64,000 bases of DNA from Clostridia bacterium. Lineage in GTDB: Bacteria > Bacillota > Clostridia > Christensenellales > SZUA-584. The notes beneath the pieces are model-generated. The model was given only the letters and a program-made list of their open reading frames with translations. It had not been told where the DNA came from and did no database searches. Position numbers and translations under genes: made by a program. The stretch spans positions 27,835 to 91,834 of the forward strand of contig QKIQ01000067.1 in NCBI GenBank assembly GCA_003249555.1, given 5' to 3'. This document shows, piece after piece, positions 27,597 through 38,144 of the stretch (its first letter is position 1; every line of letters starts with the position of its first letter).

Positions 27597-29249
27597 CTAC
27601 TTCTCCCTATCTTTTTCCCTCAGCTCAACCCGGCGGATCTTGCCGCTGATTGTCTTGGGGAGCTCATTGACAAATTCGATCACGCGCGGGTACTTGTACG
27701 GCGCGGTCACCTTCTTCACATGCTCCTGCAACTCCTTTGCGAGTGCGTCGGACGGCTCATAGCCCTTCGCGAGCACGACGGTGGCTTTCACGACCTGTCC
27801 GCGGTCGGGATGGGGCACACCCGTGATTGCCGTTTCCAGCACCGCCGGATGCTCCATCAGCGCGCTTTCCACCTCAAACGGCCCGATGCGGTAACCGCTG
27901 CTTTTAATCACGTCGTCTGTGCGGCCCACATACCAGTAATAACCGTCCTCATCTTTCCAAGCGACATCGCCCGTGTGGTAAACGCCGTCGTGCCAGACAG
28001 AAGAAGTCAATCCTTCATCTTTATAGTATCCCAAAAACATGCCAGGCGCAACTCCATTTGCGGTACGAATTACCACTTCGCCGGATTCACCCCAGCCGCA
28101 CGGCTCTCCAAACTCGCTCACGATCTCCACATCGAAAAGCGGGGAAGGCTTGCCCATGGAACCCGGGCGGGGTTCCACATAGATAAAGTTTGCTACGGAA
28201 AGCGTGGTCTCGGTCTGCCCGAAGCCCTCCATCATTTTTAGCCCCGTCGCCTTTAAAAACTGGTTGTAAACCTCGGGGTTAAGCGGCTCACCTGCTATCG
28301 TTGTGTATTTCATCGCTGAAAAATCGTATTTTGTAAGGTCTTCCTTGATGAAATAGCGGTACATCGTGGGCGGCGCACAGAATGTCGTCACCTTGTTGTC
28401 GCAGATGGCCTTGAGAATTTCGTTCGGGATAAACTTCTCATGGTCGTAGACGAAAACTGCCGTTTCGCCGAGCCACTGGCCGTACAGCTTGCCCCAGACA
28501 GACTTGGCCCATCCCGTATCGGAAATGGTTAAATGCAAACCGTCCGGATCAACGTTATGCCAGTGCACCGCCGTGGGAATGTGACCCAGCGGATATGTGA
28601 ATGAATGAATAACCATCTTGGGCATGCCCGTTGTGCCGGATGTAAAATAAAGAAGCATGATATCGTCGTTCTCGGGCAGCTCGAAAGACGATGTGTCCAG
28701 TACGTCGCTGGCGGCTTCCACACCCGACGTGTAATCAAGCCAGCCTTCGCGTCCGTCCAAAATAGCTTTGCATTCAAGCGTCGGCATACCTTGGGCTTCT
28801 TCTATATGATCCGCCACTTCGCCGTCTGCCGTGCAGACGATCATTTTGATGCCCGCCGCGTTCACGCGGTATTCGATGTCTTTTTTGGTCAGCAGATGCG
28901 TCGCGGGGATTGTCACCGCGCCGATCTTGTGAAGCGCCATGATGGTGTACCAAAACTGGTAGTGGCGCTTTAATATCAGCATCACCTTATCGCCCTTCCT
29001 GATGCCTTGAGACAGGAAAAAGTTTGCGGCCTTGTCTGAAAGGCGCTTTAAGTCAGCAAAGGTGAAGGTGTGTCGCTCACCTTTTTCTTGCACCCATACG
29101 AGCGCACACTTGTCTGGCTTGGTGACGGCCAACTCGTCAAGCACGTCGTAAGCGAAATTGAAACGCTCCGGTACGCTGATTTTGAAGTTCTTCTTAAAAT
29201 CCTCATAGGATGTGTAATGAGCTTTTGCGTATTTTTCAAATATCCTCAT
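27597..29249 (-). CDS. Short/medium-chain acyl-CoA synthetase (AMP-forming)
   Basis: [42 protein letters not shown]. Confidence 0.92.
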   Translation of the reverse strand: MRIFEKYAKAHYTSYEDFKKNFKISVPERFNFAYDVLDELAVTKPDKCALVWVQEKGERHTFTFADLKRLSDKAANFFLSQGIRKGDKVMLILKRHYQFWYTIMALHKIGAVTIPATHLLTKKDIEYRVNAAGIKMIVCTADGEVADHIEEAQGMPTLECKAILDGREGWLDYTSGVEAASDVLDTSSFELPENDDIMLLYFTSGTTGMPKMVIHSFTYPLGHIPTAVHWHNVDPDGLHLTISDTGWAKSVWGKLYGQWLGETAVFVYDHEKFIPNEILKAICDNKVTTFCAPPTMYRYFIKEDLTKYDFSAMKYTTIAGEPLNPEVYNQFLKATGLKMMEGFGQTETTLSVANFIYVEPRPGSMGKPSPLFDVEIVSEFGEPCGWGESGEVVIRTANGVAPGMFLGYYKDEGLTSSVWHDGVYHTGDVAWKDEDGYYWYVGRTDDVIKSSGYRIGPFEVESALMEHPAVLETAITGVPHPDRGQVVKATVVLAKGYEPSDALAKELQEHVKKVTAPYKYPRVIEFVNELPKTISGKIRRVELREKDREK

Positions 29250-29259
29250 GCTGCCCCCC

Positions 29260-29814
29260 TTATTTGGCTATGATAGCGAGAAACCGGCAAACGCCGCCCT
29301 CGGCCTGCATCGCGTGCGGATGCTTCGCGTCGAAATATACCGCGTCGCCCGCGGAGAGGACGAGCGCCTGGTTGTCGATATATAGTGTCATGCGGCCTTC
29401 TACGATATAGTCAAACTCCTGTCCTTCATGCGAATTCATGTGCGACTTCGCGTCCACGTTGCTAGGCTCGACGGTGACGAGGAACGGCTCCATCTTTTTG
29501 TTCTTAAAAATGTAGGCCAGATGCTCGTAATTGTATTCCTTGCGGCGCTCCATTTTTAGGCCGTGCCCCTTTTTTACAAACGAGCACACAGACAGCCGCG
29601 GCGCTTCGCCTGTCATCAGATCGACGATATCCACGCCGAGCTTCCCGGCCGCCGAATACAAAAACGAAAATGAAAAATCGTTCTTGCCCGCTTCATACTC
29701 AAGATATTCGGATTCGCTCAGACCAACAGCCTTTGCCATATCGGCTGCACAGATGTCCATGATTTCCCGGAGTGCTTGCAAACGTTTTGCAATCAGCATG
29801 ATCTTTTCATCCAC
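29260..29814 (-). CDS. XRE-HTH + cupin transcriptional regulator
   Basis: RBS AGGAG, GTG at 29814; [20 protein letters not shown]; HEGQEF..H cupin. Confidence 0.88.
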   Translation of the reverse strand: MDEKIMLIAKRLQALREIMDICAADMAKAVGLSESEYLEYEAGKNDFSFSFLYSAAGKLGVDIVDLMTGEAPRLSVCSFVKKGHGLKMERRKEYNYEHLAYIFKNKKMEPFLVTVEPSNVDAKSHMNSHEGQEFDYIVEGRMTLYIDNQALVLSAGDAVYFDAKHPHAMQAEGGVCRFLAIIAK

Positions 29815-29844
29815 GATATTTACTCTCCTTTTAATTATAATGGT

Positions 29845-30090
29845 AAATAAAAAACCTTGCGCCCCACATGGGACGAAGGTTCCGCGGTACCACCCAATTT
29901 GACCATCACTGGTCCTGCTCAATAGACTCTTTAAGCCATCTGCATAAAACGGTGCAGTACCCGTCAGGCTTTTACGTGTCAAAGCCGCCGCTCGGAAGTG
30001 ATATTAACGTGCTGCCTCTGCTCCGCTTTCACCGTTCGCGGGGCTCTCTATAAAAGACTTGTGCCCGTCACGTCTTCGTCATTGCGTTTC
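29845..30090 (-). ncRNA. T-box riboswitch, probable Ile (AUC) specifier
   Basis: Minus strand AGAGA and GGTGAAA stem-I motifs, TAAT-ATC-ACTTCCGAGC specifier region, AAATTGGGTGGTACCGCG T-box, terminator and T run. Confidence 0.88.
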
Positions 30091-30218
30091 AAGTATAAAT
30101 TAAAAATATCGTAGCACAGGCGGCCTTTTGTTGTCAACAGCGACAAGCCAAATATTGCTTTTGCCTTGCGGCGTTAATCAGTTTCATGTAGAATATATCT
30201 AATAAACGAAAGGAATGA

Positions 30219-30509
30219 ATGCGGATGGCAGATTTTATTAAAGTTAGTGGGCGAGACGTTGGAAACATTAAGATATTTACGCTGAGCACCTGCGGATGGT
30301 GCAGAAAGACAAAGGCTTTCCTAAACGATAACGGCATCGAATACACATATATTGATGTGGATAAGCTGGAAGGCAATGAAACCGACGCGGTTCGTCAGGA
30401 ACAGATGAAGTTTAACAAGAGTGGTTCTTTCCCAACCATCGTAATCAACGATAAAGAATGCATCGTCGGGTACGACGAAGACGCGCTCAAGGCGCTGATC
30501 GGTGAATAG
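30219..30509 (+). CDS. Glutaredoxin/NrdH-like protein
   Basis: TLSTCGWC, SFPTI, IVGY. Confidence 0.88.
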   Translation: MRMADFIKVSGRDVGNIKIFTLSTCGWCRKTKAFLNDNGIEYTYIDVDKLEGNETDAVRQEQMKFNKSGSFPTIVINDKECIVGYDEDALKALIGE

Positions 30510-30511
30510 AC

Positions 30512-30988
30512 ATGGACGTGCAAAAAAGACTTGAGAAGCTCAGGCGTGACGCGGCCGCAGGAGGATACAAGCTCAATTCTGATGAGGATTTTGTGGCGGA
30601 TCTGACCGCGGGGCTGCTGGCCAATCAGGAACGTTACGGTATCGAGAGCTGTCCCTGCCGTTTGTTTACGGGTGAAAAAGAAGACAATATGGATATCGTA
30701 TGCCCGTGCGTGTACCGCGACGACGACCTCGCCGAATACGGCGCGTGCTTTTGTGCGCTGTATGTGACGGATGAGGCGCAGAATAAACAGGTGCCCGAGC
30801 GGCGGCCGTCACTTGAGGAACGGCGCAAGGAAGCGAAAACAGATGAGGCCGGTGAAAAAGCGCCTGCGGCGCTGCCGTATCCTGTTTACCGGTGCAGCGT
30901 GTGCGGCTATCTTTGCGCGAACAACAATCCGCCCCGCATATGCCCGATATGCAAGGCGGGTTCGGAGCGATTTGAGCGCTTTATGTAG
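30512..30988 (+). CDS. Ferredoxin:thioredoxin/disulfide reductase catalytic domain fused to rubredoxin
   Basis: CPC, CPC, CFC motifs; C-term CSVCG..CPICK. Confidence 0.9.
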   Translation: MDVQKRLEKLRRDAAAGGYKLNSDEDFVADLTAGLLANQERYGIESCPCRLFTGEKEDNMDIVCPCVYRDDDLAEYGACFCALYVTDEAQNKQVPERRPSLEERRKEAKTDEAGEKAPAALPYPVYRCSVCGYLCANNNPPRICPICKAGSERFERFM

Positions 30989-31073
30989 AAAATTTTTCGT
31001 GACTTTTTTAGAAGCCTCGTTGGTAAAATGATGGTCACAAGTTTCATTGCCGACAAGGCTTTTTTTATAGCTT

Positions 31074-32009
31074 TTATATTGAGACCGACTTATCTTCAGG
31101 TTGATTAACAACGGCTTCGTCCGGCTGATGCGGGTTTACATGCACCATGCAGTGCTTCACAGCGGGGAACGCTGCTTCAATCGCGTCGTGAACCCGCTGC
31201 GCGATGCCGTGTGACTGCTTGAGCGGCACGGCGCCGTCTGCGCATATCTCGATATCCACATAGATGCGGTTGCCAAAAAGCCGTGTCTGTATCCCGTCAA
31301 TGCCAAGTACGCCTTCCTGTGAGAGACTCACTCGCTTGATTTCATCCACAACGCCGCTTTCGCACGCCTCATCCGTCATTTTACGCATGGCGTCTTTGAA
31401 TATGTCATATGCGGCCTTGATGATAAACAGGCAGATGACGACACTCGCGATGGGGTCGAGCACGGGCAGACCCATCCTGGCGCCGAGTATGCCGATGAAG
31501 CTGCCCACAGAAGAAAGCGCGTCGGAACGGTGATGCCACGCGTCTGCCATCAGAGCACCCGAGTCGATTTTTTTCGCGGCCGTGCGCGTATACCAGAACA
31601 TCGCTTCCTTCACGGCTATCGACACAACTGCCGCGACGAGCGCAAGCGTGCCCGGAATAAGCGGCTTAGCGTCGGTGCCGTCGATGATTTTTGATACACC
31701 GCTATACCCGATGCCGATGCCTGTTAACGCAAGCATCACGGCGAGCAGAACAGCGGCCACGCATTCGATACGTTCGTGTCCGTACTGGTGCTTGGCGTCA
31801 GATTCCTTACCAGAAAGCTTCACGCCGACAATGACGATAAATGTGCTGAAAACGTCGGAAAGAGAATGAACCGCGTCGGATATCATCGCGCCCGAATTTG
31901 CGATTATTCCAGCGAAAAGCTTGAAGGCGCTGAGCAAAACGTTGACGGCAATACTTACCGCTGAAACACGCATTGCAAGCTGCAAGCCGGTTTTTTTTTG
32001 ATGCTCCAT
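31074..32009 (-). CDS. Cation diffusion facilitator transporter
   Basis: SDAVHSLSD, HQYGHER, DAWHHRSD, VHVNP. Confidence 0.93.
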   Translation of the reverse strand: MEHQKKTGLQLAMRVSAVSIAVNVLLSAFKLFAGIIANSGAMISDAVHSLSDVFSTFIVIVGVKLSGKESDAKHQYGHERIECVAAVLLAVMLALTGIGIGYSGVSKIIDGTDAKPLIPGTLALVAAVVSIAVKEAMFWYTRTAAKKIDSGALMADAWHHRSDALSSVGSFIGILGARMGLPVLDPIASVVICLFIIKAAYDIFKDAMRKMTDEACESGVVDEIKRVSLSQEGVLGIDGIQTRLFGNRIYVDIEICADGAVPLKQSHGIAQRVHDAIEAAFPAVKHCMVHVNPHQPDEAVVNQPEDKSVSI

Positions 32010-32112
32010 AAAAGTTACCTCCACAGATTTTGTAAGATAGCTCTATGGCACTTTTGTCAACGCTGTATGCTCCCGGGCAATACCGTAAATAAAAAAAGTA
32101 CCCGTGGACCAC

Positions 32113-32212
32113 ATACACTGTCCCACAGATACGATTTGCAACGTGATCTGCTGCCGCAAGATGGCGGCCCGGCCCCACGAACCATACGGTTCATCGCCTG
32201 CTCAGTTTGTAC
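32113..32212 (-). ncRNA. NiCo (czcD) riboswitch
   Basis: Minus strand GTACAAACTGAGCAGGC..GGGCCGGGCC..GCAGCAGAT..GTGGGACAGT, then terminator; upstream of CDF. Confidence 0.88.
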
Positions 32213-32351
32213 TGTTGAACGCCCATTCATTTTTTATGTCCCTGTGACGCTTGCGTCGGCAGGGCGGTTTGAATGTCTGCAGTGCAAAGAGATACTTCAT
32301 ATGGTATATTATGCAAGGCATTTTGTCAAGGTGACAAGATTGCTGAATATT

Positions 32352-32891
32352 TTATTCTTCAATCAAGCTGAGCTTGTTATCGTCCAGCGTGTAATAAAGA
32401 GGGACTACGGTGACGCCTTTGTATTTATCGGCAAGGCGTTTGCTTTCCGCAAGCACGAATTCTGTTTCGTTGTCAATTTCATATATAGGTGCGTAGTTGA
32501 AGAAATGGTCTTTGGCTTTTTCCTCGTCCCAGTTTTCAAGGCGGTCGAGGCCTTTAACAAACAGCTGCATTTTAGACGCGAGATTCACCATGCCGCAATT
32601 GTCATGCGCGATCAGCACAATATAATCCACTTTGCCCACGGCGATGGCGTATGAGACTTTAAATTCGCTATAGCGAAGGTTTGCGCCGCCTGTGCGGATG
32701 ATATAGGCGAAGTTTTCGGGTATTTTGAGCTGCTTGCGGTTATCCATGCACATACCGATCAGCAGCTGCGCGGATGTGTATTCCTTGTGAGGCGCGGCGA
32801 AGTTCTGAAAAAGTATCAGCGCCTCTACGGGTGTGCTCTTGAGCTTTGAGGGGATGTCATCCTGTTGTGCAATTTTTTTGATGTTCATCAA
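32352..32891 (-). CDS. Beta-class carbonic anhydrase
   Basis: CMDNR and HDNC zinc ligands, RTGGAN. Confidence 0.82.
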   Translation of the reverse strand: MMNIKKIAQQDDIPSKLKSTPVEALILFQNFAAPHKEYTSAQLLIGMCMDNRKQLKIPENFAYIIRTGGANLRYSEFKVSYAIAVGKVDYIVLIAHDNCGMVNLASKMQLFVKGLDRLENWDEEKAKDHFFNYAPIYEIDNETEFVLAESKRLADKYKGVTVVPLYYTLDDNKLSLIEE

Positions 32892-32980
32892 TTACATCTC
32901 CTTTCGGATTGTGACATTATGAATAACGTATAGGTGATTGGTGCTGAGTGCAAGCGCCAATCATCGACATATTTGTGTGA

Positions 32981-33193
32981 TTACTTGGGTGAGCGGTCTT
33001 TTGCTATCGCCCTGACGGAGCTGGCAATGGATGTGACACAGAGTATCCAGAGCAAAACAGTGGATATATCGTTGCTCACAAACTTCATTGTGGGGTTATA
33101 TTCGTCCAAAATCATAAAAACAATAAATATTACCGAGAATATCATGGGCACATGAGGGAGTATCCTCAGTAACGCATTCAGAAAAGCTTTCAT
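32981..33193 (-). CDS. Small two-TM protein (paralogue of 50810..50998)
   Basis: PH..S..D..NP.M.FV.N shared with paralogue; ATGA overlap with upstream gene. Confidence 0.78.
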   Translation of the reverse strand: MKAFLNALLRILPHVPMIFSVIFIVFMILDEYNPTMKFVSNDISTVLLWILCVTSIASSVRAIAKDRSPK

Positions 33194-34236
33194 GCTCCAA
33201 CCTCCTTTATAAGCACAATATCACTGACGCCGCGTCCGCCTTCAAAGGGTATGTTCACCATTTCATCGTTGTACGTCATCACTGCGGATTTTCCTCCGTC
33301 GAAATTGTAAGCGGCGACACAACCCAGGTCTATAAATATCTGGGAAAACTCCTCAAGTGTGACGCCGCGTGAATAGCCTTTGTCTCGTCCGTCCACCACC
33401 ACAAAACAGTAATGCCCCGGTTCAATGCAGCCAAAGCCGCTTCTTGGGTTCAGATCCTTTATTGATGCTTTTGCGTTGTATTCAGACGGGAGGTTTCCGT
33501 TTGCGTCGAGCAGTGCGGGCCCAAACGTCCAGCCCTGATAAGCGCCTTTGGCGACGGTGTTATCAAGGTTAAACGCATCGGGTGAAAACGTCTCAACGGT
33601 GCCGTCGTAATACAGCACGCAGATATCAAGGTTGGTCTCGTCTGCGCGGTACACCACGCCGTTTCTGATGACCACGCCTTCATCCTGATAGCCGTAAAAG
33701 TCTCCCGTCATCCCCAACAACGCACCGGATGCTATGTCCTGATCGAGCACGTCCTCTCTGAAGCCTTTTCCGTACGTGTTTCCCGCAAGATATGTCTGGA
33801 AGCATTCGATATCCGCAAGATAGATGTCAGCAACATAGTAGGTGATGGTATCGCGGTCATCGCCAATCGTCTTTTTTTCTATAGTGAAGGATATATTGGG
33901 GCTGCTGTATGATGTATCAGTCGCGACCACGGTGTCTGTAAAATGGTCAGCATACATTTGCGCCCATGTAAGAGGAACGTCGGCCACGTCCGTTTCTGTC
34001 ACGTCATCGGCATCCGCGGCGGCCGGGGTGCTTTGTGCAATTGACTGTGCATCCGCGGTGTTTGAACTGCTTGGGTTGCTGACAACAATATTCAGCGGTT
34101 CCTGTTCGCGCGGCAGTACAAAGTAGTATAGCATAAAACCGCCGAGAATCATCGCTGTGACCAAAACATCAATAACCACAATCGCCCATATCGGCAGCTT
34201 CTTGTTCTTTTTGTATTTGACTTTCGTTTCTTGCAT
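33190..34236 (-). CDS. Membrane-anchored phosphodiester glycosidase (NAGPA) family protein
   Basis: N-term TM; GDFY, VIRNG, FGPAL, NPRS, VDGR, AYNFDGGKS. Confidence 0.88.
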   Translation of the reverse strand: MQETKVKYKKNKKLPIWAIVVIDVLVTAMILGGFMLYYFVLPREQEPLNIVVSNPSSSNTADAQSIAQSTPAAADADDVTETDVADVPLTWAQMYADHFTDTVVATDTSYSSPNISFTIEKKTIGDDRDTITYYVADIYLADIECFQTYLAGNTYGKGFREDVLDQDIASGALLGMTGDFYGYQDEGVVIRNGVVYRADETNLDICVLYYDGTVETFSPDAFNLDNTVAKGAYQGWTFGPALLDANGNLPSEYNAKASIKDLNPRSGFGCIEPGHYCFVVVDGRDKGYSRGVTLEEFSQIFIDLGCVAAYNFDGGKSAVMTYNDEMVNIPFEGGRGVSDIVLIKEVGA

Positions 34237-34595
34237 AGGTAAGGCTCCTTTTCATTGCCCTTCTTATATATGAAAAGACGCAGGGCGTGCCATCTGACAT
34301 CAGATAATGACTCTTTTTTGTTTTGAGAGTAAGTATAACACAATTGGTATCACAGCGCACGTAATAACTGCATCTGCAGCAATAATTCAGACTGTATTCA
34401 ATCGCAAAATGTGCACTGTATTGATGCGGATTTTATGGTTATCAGTAAACGCATGATATAGCATCCCTATCAATTATAAAGAGCAAGAGTTAGAGCCGCT
34501 TCCGGTTGCCTTTTTTTGCACAGGGCGTTATAATTCTAATCGTTGTCACGCTGTTGTGATTCATATTCAATACCGAACAGGTGAAAGGACGGCAC

Positions 34596-35711
34596 ATGAA
34601 ATACGACTATCTGATCGTGGGCAGCGGTTTATTCGGCGCGACGTTTGCCCATGAAGCAAAGAAGAGGCAAAAAAGCTGCCTGGTCATCGAAAAACGAGGT
34701 CACATCGGCGGCAATATCTATACAGAAAAGCTGGACGGAATCAATGTTCATAAGTACGGTGCGCATATATTTCATACAAGCCACAGCGCTGTGTGGGATT
34801 ACATTCGTCAGTTTGCATCGTTCAACCACTATATCAATTCTCCGGTGGCGAATTATAAGGGCGAGCTATACAACCTGCCTTTTAACATGAACACATTTAA
34901 TAAAATGTGGGGCGTGGTCACGCCGCAGCAGGCGCGCGAGAAGATCGAGCAGCAGCGCAGTGAGATGGCAGGGGAGCCTGGCAACCTTGAGGAACAGGCC
35001 GTTTCGCTGGTGGGCCGAGACATATTCGAAAAGCTCATCCGCGGCTATACCGAAAAACAATGGGGGCGCAGCTGCAAAGAACTCCCGCCATTTATCATCA
35101 AGCGGCTTCCTGTGCGCTATACGTATGATAACAATTATTTCAGCGATCCGTACCAGGGTATCCCCGAGGGCGGATATACGCCCATTATAGAAAAGCTGCT
35201 GGACGGTGTGAAGGTAGAGCTGGGTGTGGATTTTAACGCTGACCGCGAACGCCTCTCTGCCACGGCGAAGCGAATCGTTTATACGGGTCAACTGGATGCC
35301 TATTTCGACTTCTGCTACGGCAATCTCGATTATCGCGGACTCAAATTCGACACGAAGCGCTTTGAGACGGACAATTATCAGGGTGTGGCGGTCATGAACT
35401 ATACGGACGGTGAGACGCCGTACACACGTGTGATTGAGCACAAGCATTTCGAGTTCGGCACACAGAGCGTGTCGCATGTGACGTGGGAATACCCCGAGGA
35501 ATGGAGCAAAGGCGACGAACCGTATTATACTGTTAACGACGAGAAAAACGAAGCGCTAAAGGGTAAATATATGGTACTCTTAAAACACCACAAAAACGTG
35601 ATATTTGGCGGACGCCTTGCGGAATACCGTTACTACGATATGGACAAGACGATTGCATCGGCGCTGGACGCGGTCAAACACGAGTTTAACGAGCAGTCAA
35701 TACTATTTTGA
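34596..35711 (+). CDS. glf: UDP-galactopyranose mutase
   Basis: GSGLFG, HKYGAHIFHT, YTEKQWG, GGRLAEYRYYDMD. Confidence 0.96.
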   Translation: MKYDYLIVGSGLFGATFAHEAKKRQKSCLVIEKRGHIGGNIYTEKLDGINVHKYGAHIFHTSHSAVWDYIRQFASFNHYINSPVANYKGELYNLPFNMNTFNKMWGVVTPQQAREKIEQQRSEMAGEPGNLEEQAVSLVGRDIFEKLIRGYTEKQWGRSCKELPPFIIKRLPVRYTYDNNYFSDPYQGIPEGGYTPIIEKLLDGVKVELGVDFNADRERLSATAKRIVYTGQLDAYFDFCYGNLDYRGLKFDTKRFETDNYQGVAVMNYTDGETPYTRVIEHKHFEFGTQSVSHVTWEYPEEWSKGDEPYYTVNDEKNEALKGKYMVLLKHHKNVIFGGRLAEYRYYDMDKTIASALDAVKHEFNEQSILF

Positions 35712-35743
35712 CAGTTGGGCACCCCGCTATTAAACGGGTGCTC

Positions 35744-35893
35744 AGACTATCAAAAAAGCTAAAATATAATTCGTGGGCAAGACGGGCTTTGCCCGCGCAG
35801 CCCACACCTTGTGGTTTTTTACTGTTTCAGAGCGTAGCGAGGAACAAGCAAAACCGGAAAACTGGCGGAAAACCGAAGGTTTTTCGACAAGCT
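35744..35893. mobile_element. MITE-like element (~150 bp) flanked by duplicated hairpin
   Basis: Imperfect terminal IRs AGACTATCAAAAAA / TTTTTCGACAAGCT; flanks ACCCCGCTATTAAACGGG(G)TG at 35721 and 35898. Confidence 0.6.
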
Positions 35894-36065
35894 CGGAACC
35901 CCGCTATTAAACGGGGTGTTTTTATGCTCAAAAAAAATTTTTTATTTCCCGTAGCACTTTGCCTCTTTTCAAACGTCTAATATATAAGACGGCATAATAA
36001 GTCTAGAATCTTTGTGTTCTTGTCAATCATGACCCGTATGGAAATAAAACATTCAGAAAGGGAAA

Positions 36066-36713
36066 ATGATGCGGAATATCGTTGCGGTCATAATGGCTGC
36101 CCTTTTGCTTGCTCTTGGCGCGTGTGCGGCTGATGAGGCAATGCCAGGTATGGCGCTGGCAGGAACCACGCAGCAATCAGCCAATGCAGCTGTGGTAATG
36201 TGCGAAGAGGAAATACCGCTGGCCGAGTCAATCACCTTTGATGAGAGCAACAACGAGTCGGCGAGTATACCCACGCATGTCGGTGGCGGCATTCAGCTCA
36301 AGGTCGACGGAGTGTTGTATGATATCTGCTATAGTTATGGCGAATTGGCTTTGGAGAAGGAAGGCCATGTCTATGAACTTTGGGACGCCGGCCTTATCGG
36401 TATCGTAGAGACAGCAACCGCAAGTACCTTTGGTGAGCTTTGCGCTTACTGTGTGACAAAGGACGGGAAAGAATATATCGTAGACGGGTGGACGCGCCGA
36501 ACGATTTTCGACATACTGACTGCTGTTTACGGATCTGCGCCTCTTGGCGGCTTTAAAAGTCTGGGGGAGTGTGTGCGCTTTACGAACATACTGGGCGCGG
36601 ATTTCGATTTATACTTGGATGACGACATTATCTATTCGCCGTATCTGGATGCCAGTTTTGATATATCTGCCTACCATAAAGATTTCGCCAGTATACTGAC
36701 ATCATTAAATTAA
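36066..36713 (+). CDS. Hypothetical lipoprotein
   Basis: Signal peptide with lipobox LGAC; RBS AAAGGG. Confidence 0.72.
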   Translation: MMRNIVAVIMAALLLALGACAADEAMPGMALAGTTQQSANAAVVMCEEEIPLAESITFDESNNESASIPTHVGGGIQLKVDGVLYDICYSYGELALEKEGHVYELWDAGLIGIVETATASTFGELCAYCVTKDGKEYIVDGWTRRTIFDILTAVYGSAPLGGFKSLGECVRFTNILGADFDLYLDDDIIYSPYLDASFDISAYHKDFASILTSLN

Positions 36714-36902
36714 GAATCAGTTTATTAATCTTAAATCCCAACCCTATAAAGCAGAGCAGACCGGTTTTTGGTCTGTTTTGCTTTTGTGGCGTAAAGATGG
36801 CTGCGTTTTTTGCCGATATATCTAGTAGAGCTTAAATTTCGGCAATTCAATATAACAGAGCATGATAAATTGAGAAAAAATTATAATGGGGAGGTAGCGG
36901 GG

Positions 36903-38117
36903 ATGTCCGTGGTGTTTGACAACAGAGAAAAAAATGCTAGGGAAGAGTTGGCTTGTAGAAAAAACGACTACGAAACCTTTAAGGAGCTGCGTTTTAAGGA
37001 AGCAAGCAGCAGTATGAAAATTGGTGAGGATGCATCCGGTTCAATTCTGAATACAGGGGATTATTGCGTCTTTGCAGAAAACGAGTATAATTTTACCACG
37101 TTTAACGCCATATGTTTTGGAAACGATGACGCAGAAGATGAGTGGGAGTTTTACAAAGTGGAAAACATCAAGTTCTATTTTTGTATGTTTGATAATTGCA
37201 GCTTCAGCAATATCAAGTTTGTGAACTGCGTTTTTATCGGATGCACGTTTTCTCAATGCTTTACACTCAATTACGGGATGATTTTTGAACAATGCAACTT
37301 CTCAAAAAATGATGCAGACAGAAACTCGGTTGACGATATGTTTTCATATTTTCGATTTTGCGAGTTAACGGTGAAATTTATTAAATGCGATATGACGCAA
37401 AATATATTCTCGAAGACGAATTTTTACTTTTCAAGCCTTTCCGAGAACAAGCTTTATGATATCATAATGGTAGATTGCGGATTCGATATTTGCACACTAA
37501 AGGATTGTGATTTGAGAAATGCAAGAATTATCAATACTAAATTTATAAGATTCTCTTTTGAAGACGAGGAAAAAGGCACCAAGGTGAACAGCGGCACCTT
37601 TTTTGGAGAGATCAATTTTAATAAAAAAGATGCGCGTGAGCTTGCGAGCGCAGTCGATATGTATTTTGCGCTGAAAGATCTGTTTATGGATAACAAAATA
37701 TCCGATCTTTATGGAGAATACTTTTATCTGTATAAAAAAACAGAAATGAAAACTTTAAAAGGCCTATCAAAAATAATGTCCGGCGTGTCTTTTATCATTT
37801 GCGGCTATGGGGAACGGCCTTTTCATAGCCTTATTGTGTCGTTAGCCATGGTTTTTGCCTGCGGCAATCTATATTATTTGTTTGGACTAAAAACACAGAC
37901 AGATATTATTGTCTATAACGCTTCAAATCAATTAAATGTCTTGCTTGATGATATATATCAATGCTATCATTTTAGTCTGGTGACTTTTTCTACAGTAGGT
38001 TACGGTAACGTGATTCCCGTCGGTGCTAGTATAGTGGTAAATGAAGTTGAGATGATATGTGCCATTATTCTGGTGGGTATTTGGGTGTCTACGCTGGTTA
38101 GAAAAATGGTCAGATAA
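36903..38117 (+). CDS. Pentapeptide-repeat protein with C-terminal 2-TM K+ channel domain
   Basis: F..C.F repeats; GYGERP; FSLVTFSTVGYG filter motif. Confidence 0.85.
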   Translation: MSVVFDNREKNAREELACRKNDYETFKELRFKEASSSMKIGEDASGSILNTGDYCVFAENEYNFTTFNAICFGNDDAEDEWEFYKVENIKFYFCMFDNCSFSNIKFVNCVFIGCTFSQCFTLNYGMIFEQCNFSKNDADRNSVDDMFSYFRFCELTVKFIKCDMTQNIFSKTNFYFSSLSENKLYDIIMVDCGFDICTLKDCDLRNARIINTKFIRFSFEDEEKGTKVNSGTFFGEINFNKKDARELASAVDMYFALKDLFMDNKISDLYGEYFYLYKKTEMKTLKGLSKIMSGVSFIICGYGERPFHSLIVSLAMVFACGNLYYLFGLKTQTDIIVYNASNQLNVLLDDIYQCYHFSLVTFSTVGYGNVIPVGASIVVNEVEMICAIILVGIWVSTLVRKMVR

Positions 38118-38144
38118 ATATGCATTAAGGAGAGGGGTTGCAGG

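Noticed and set aside
29815-29982. Long N-terminus of the XRE regulator in the ORF track
   Set aside because: This is the T-box leader; RBS and GTG at 29814 fit better.
34270-34320. Hairpin in the NAGPA leader as a riboswitch
   Set aside because: Single stem with no recognisable aptamer motif.
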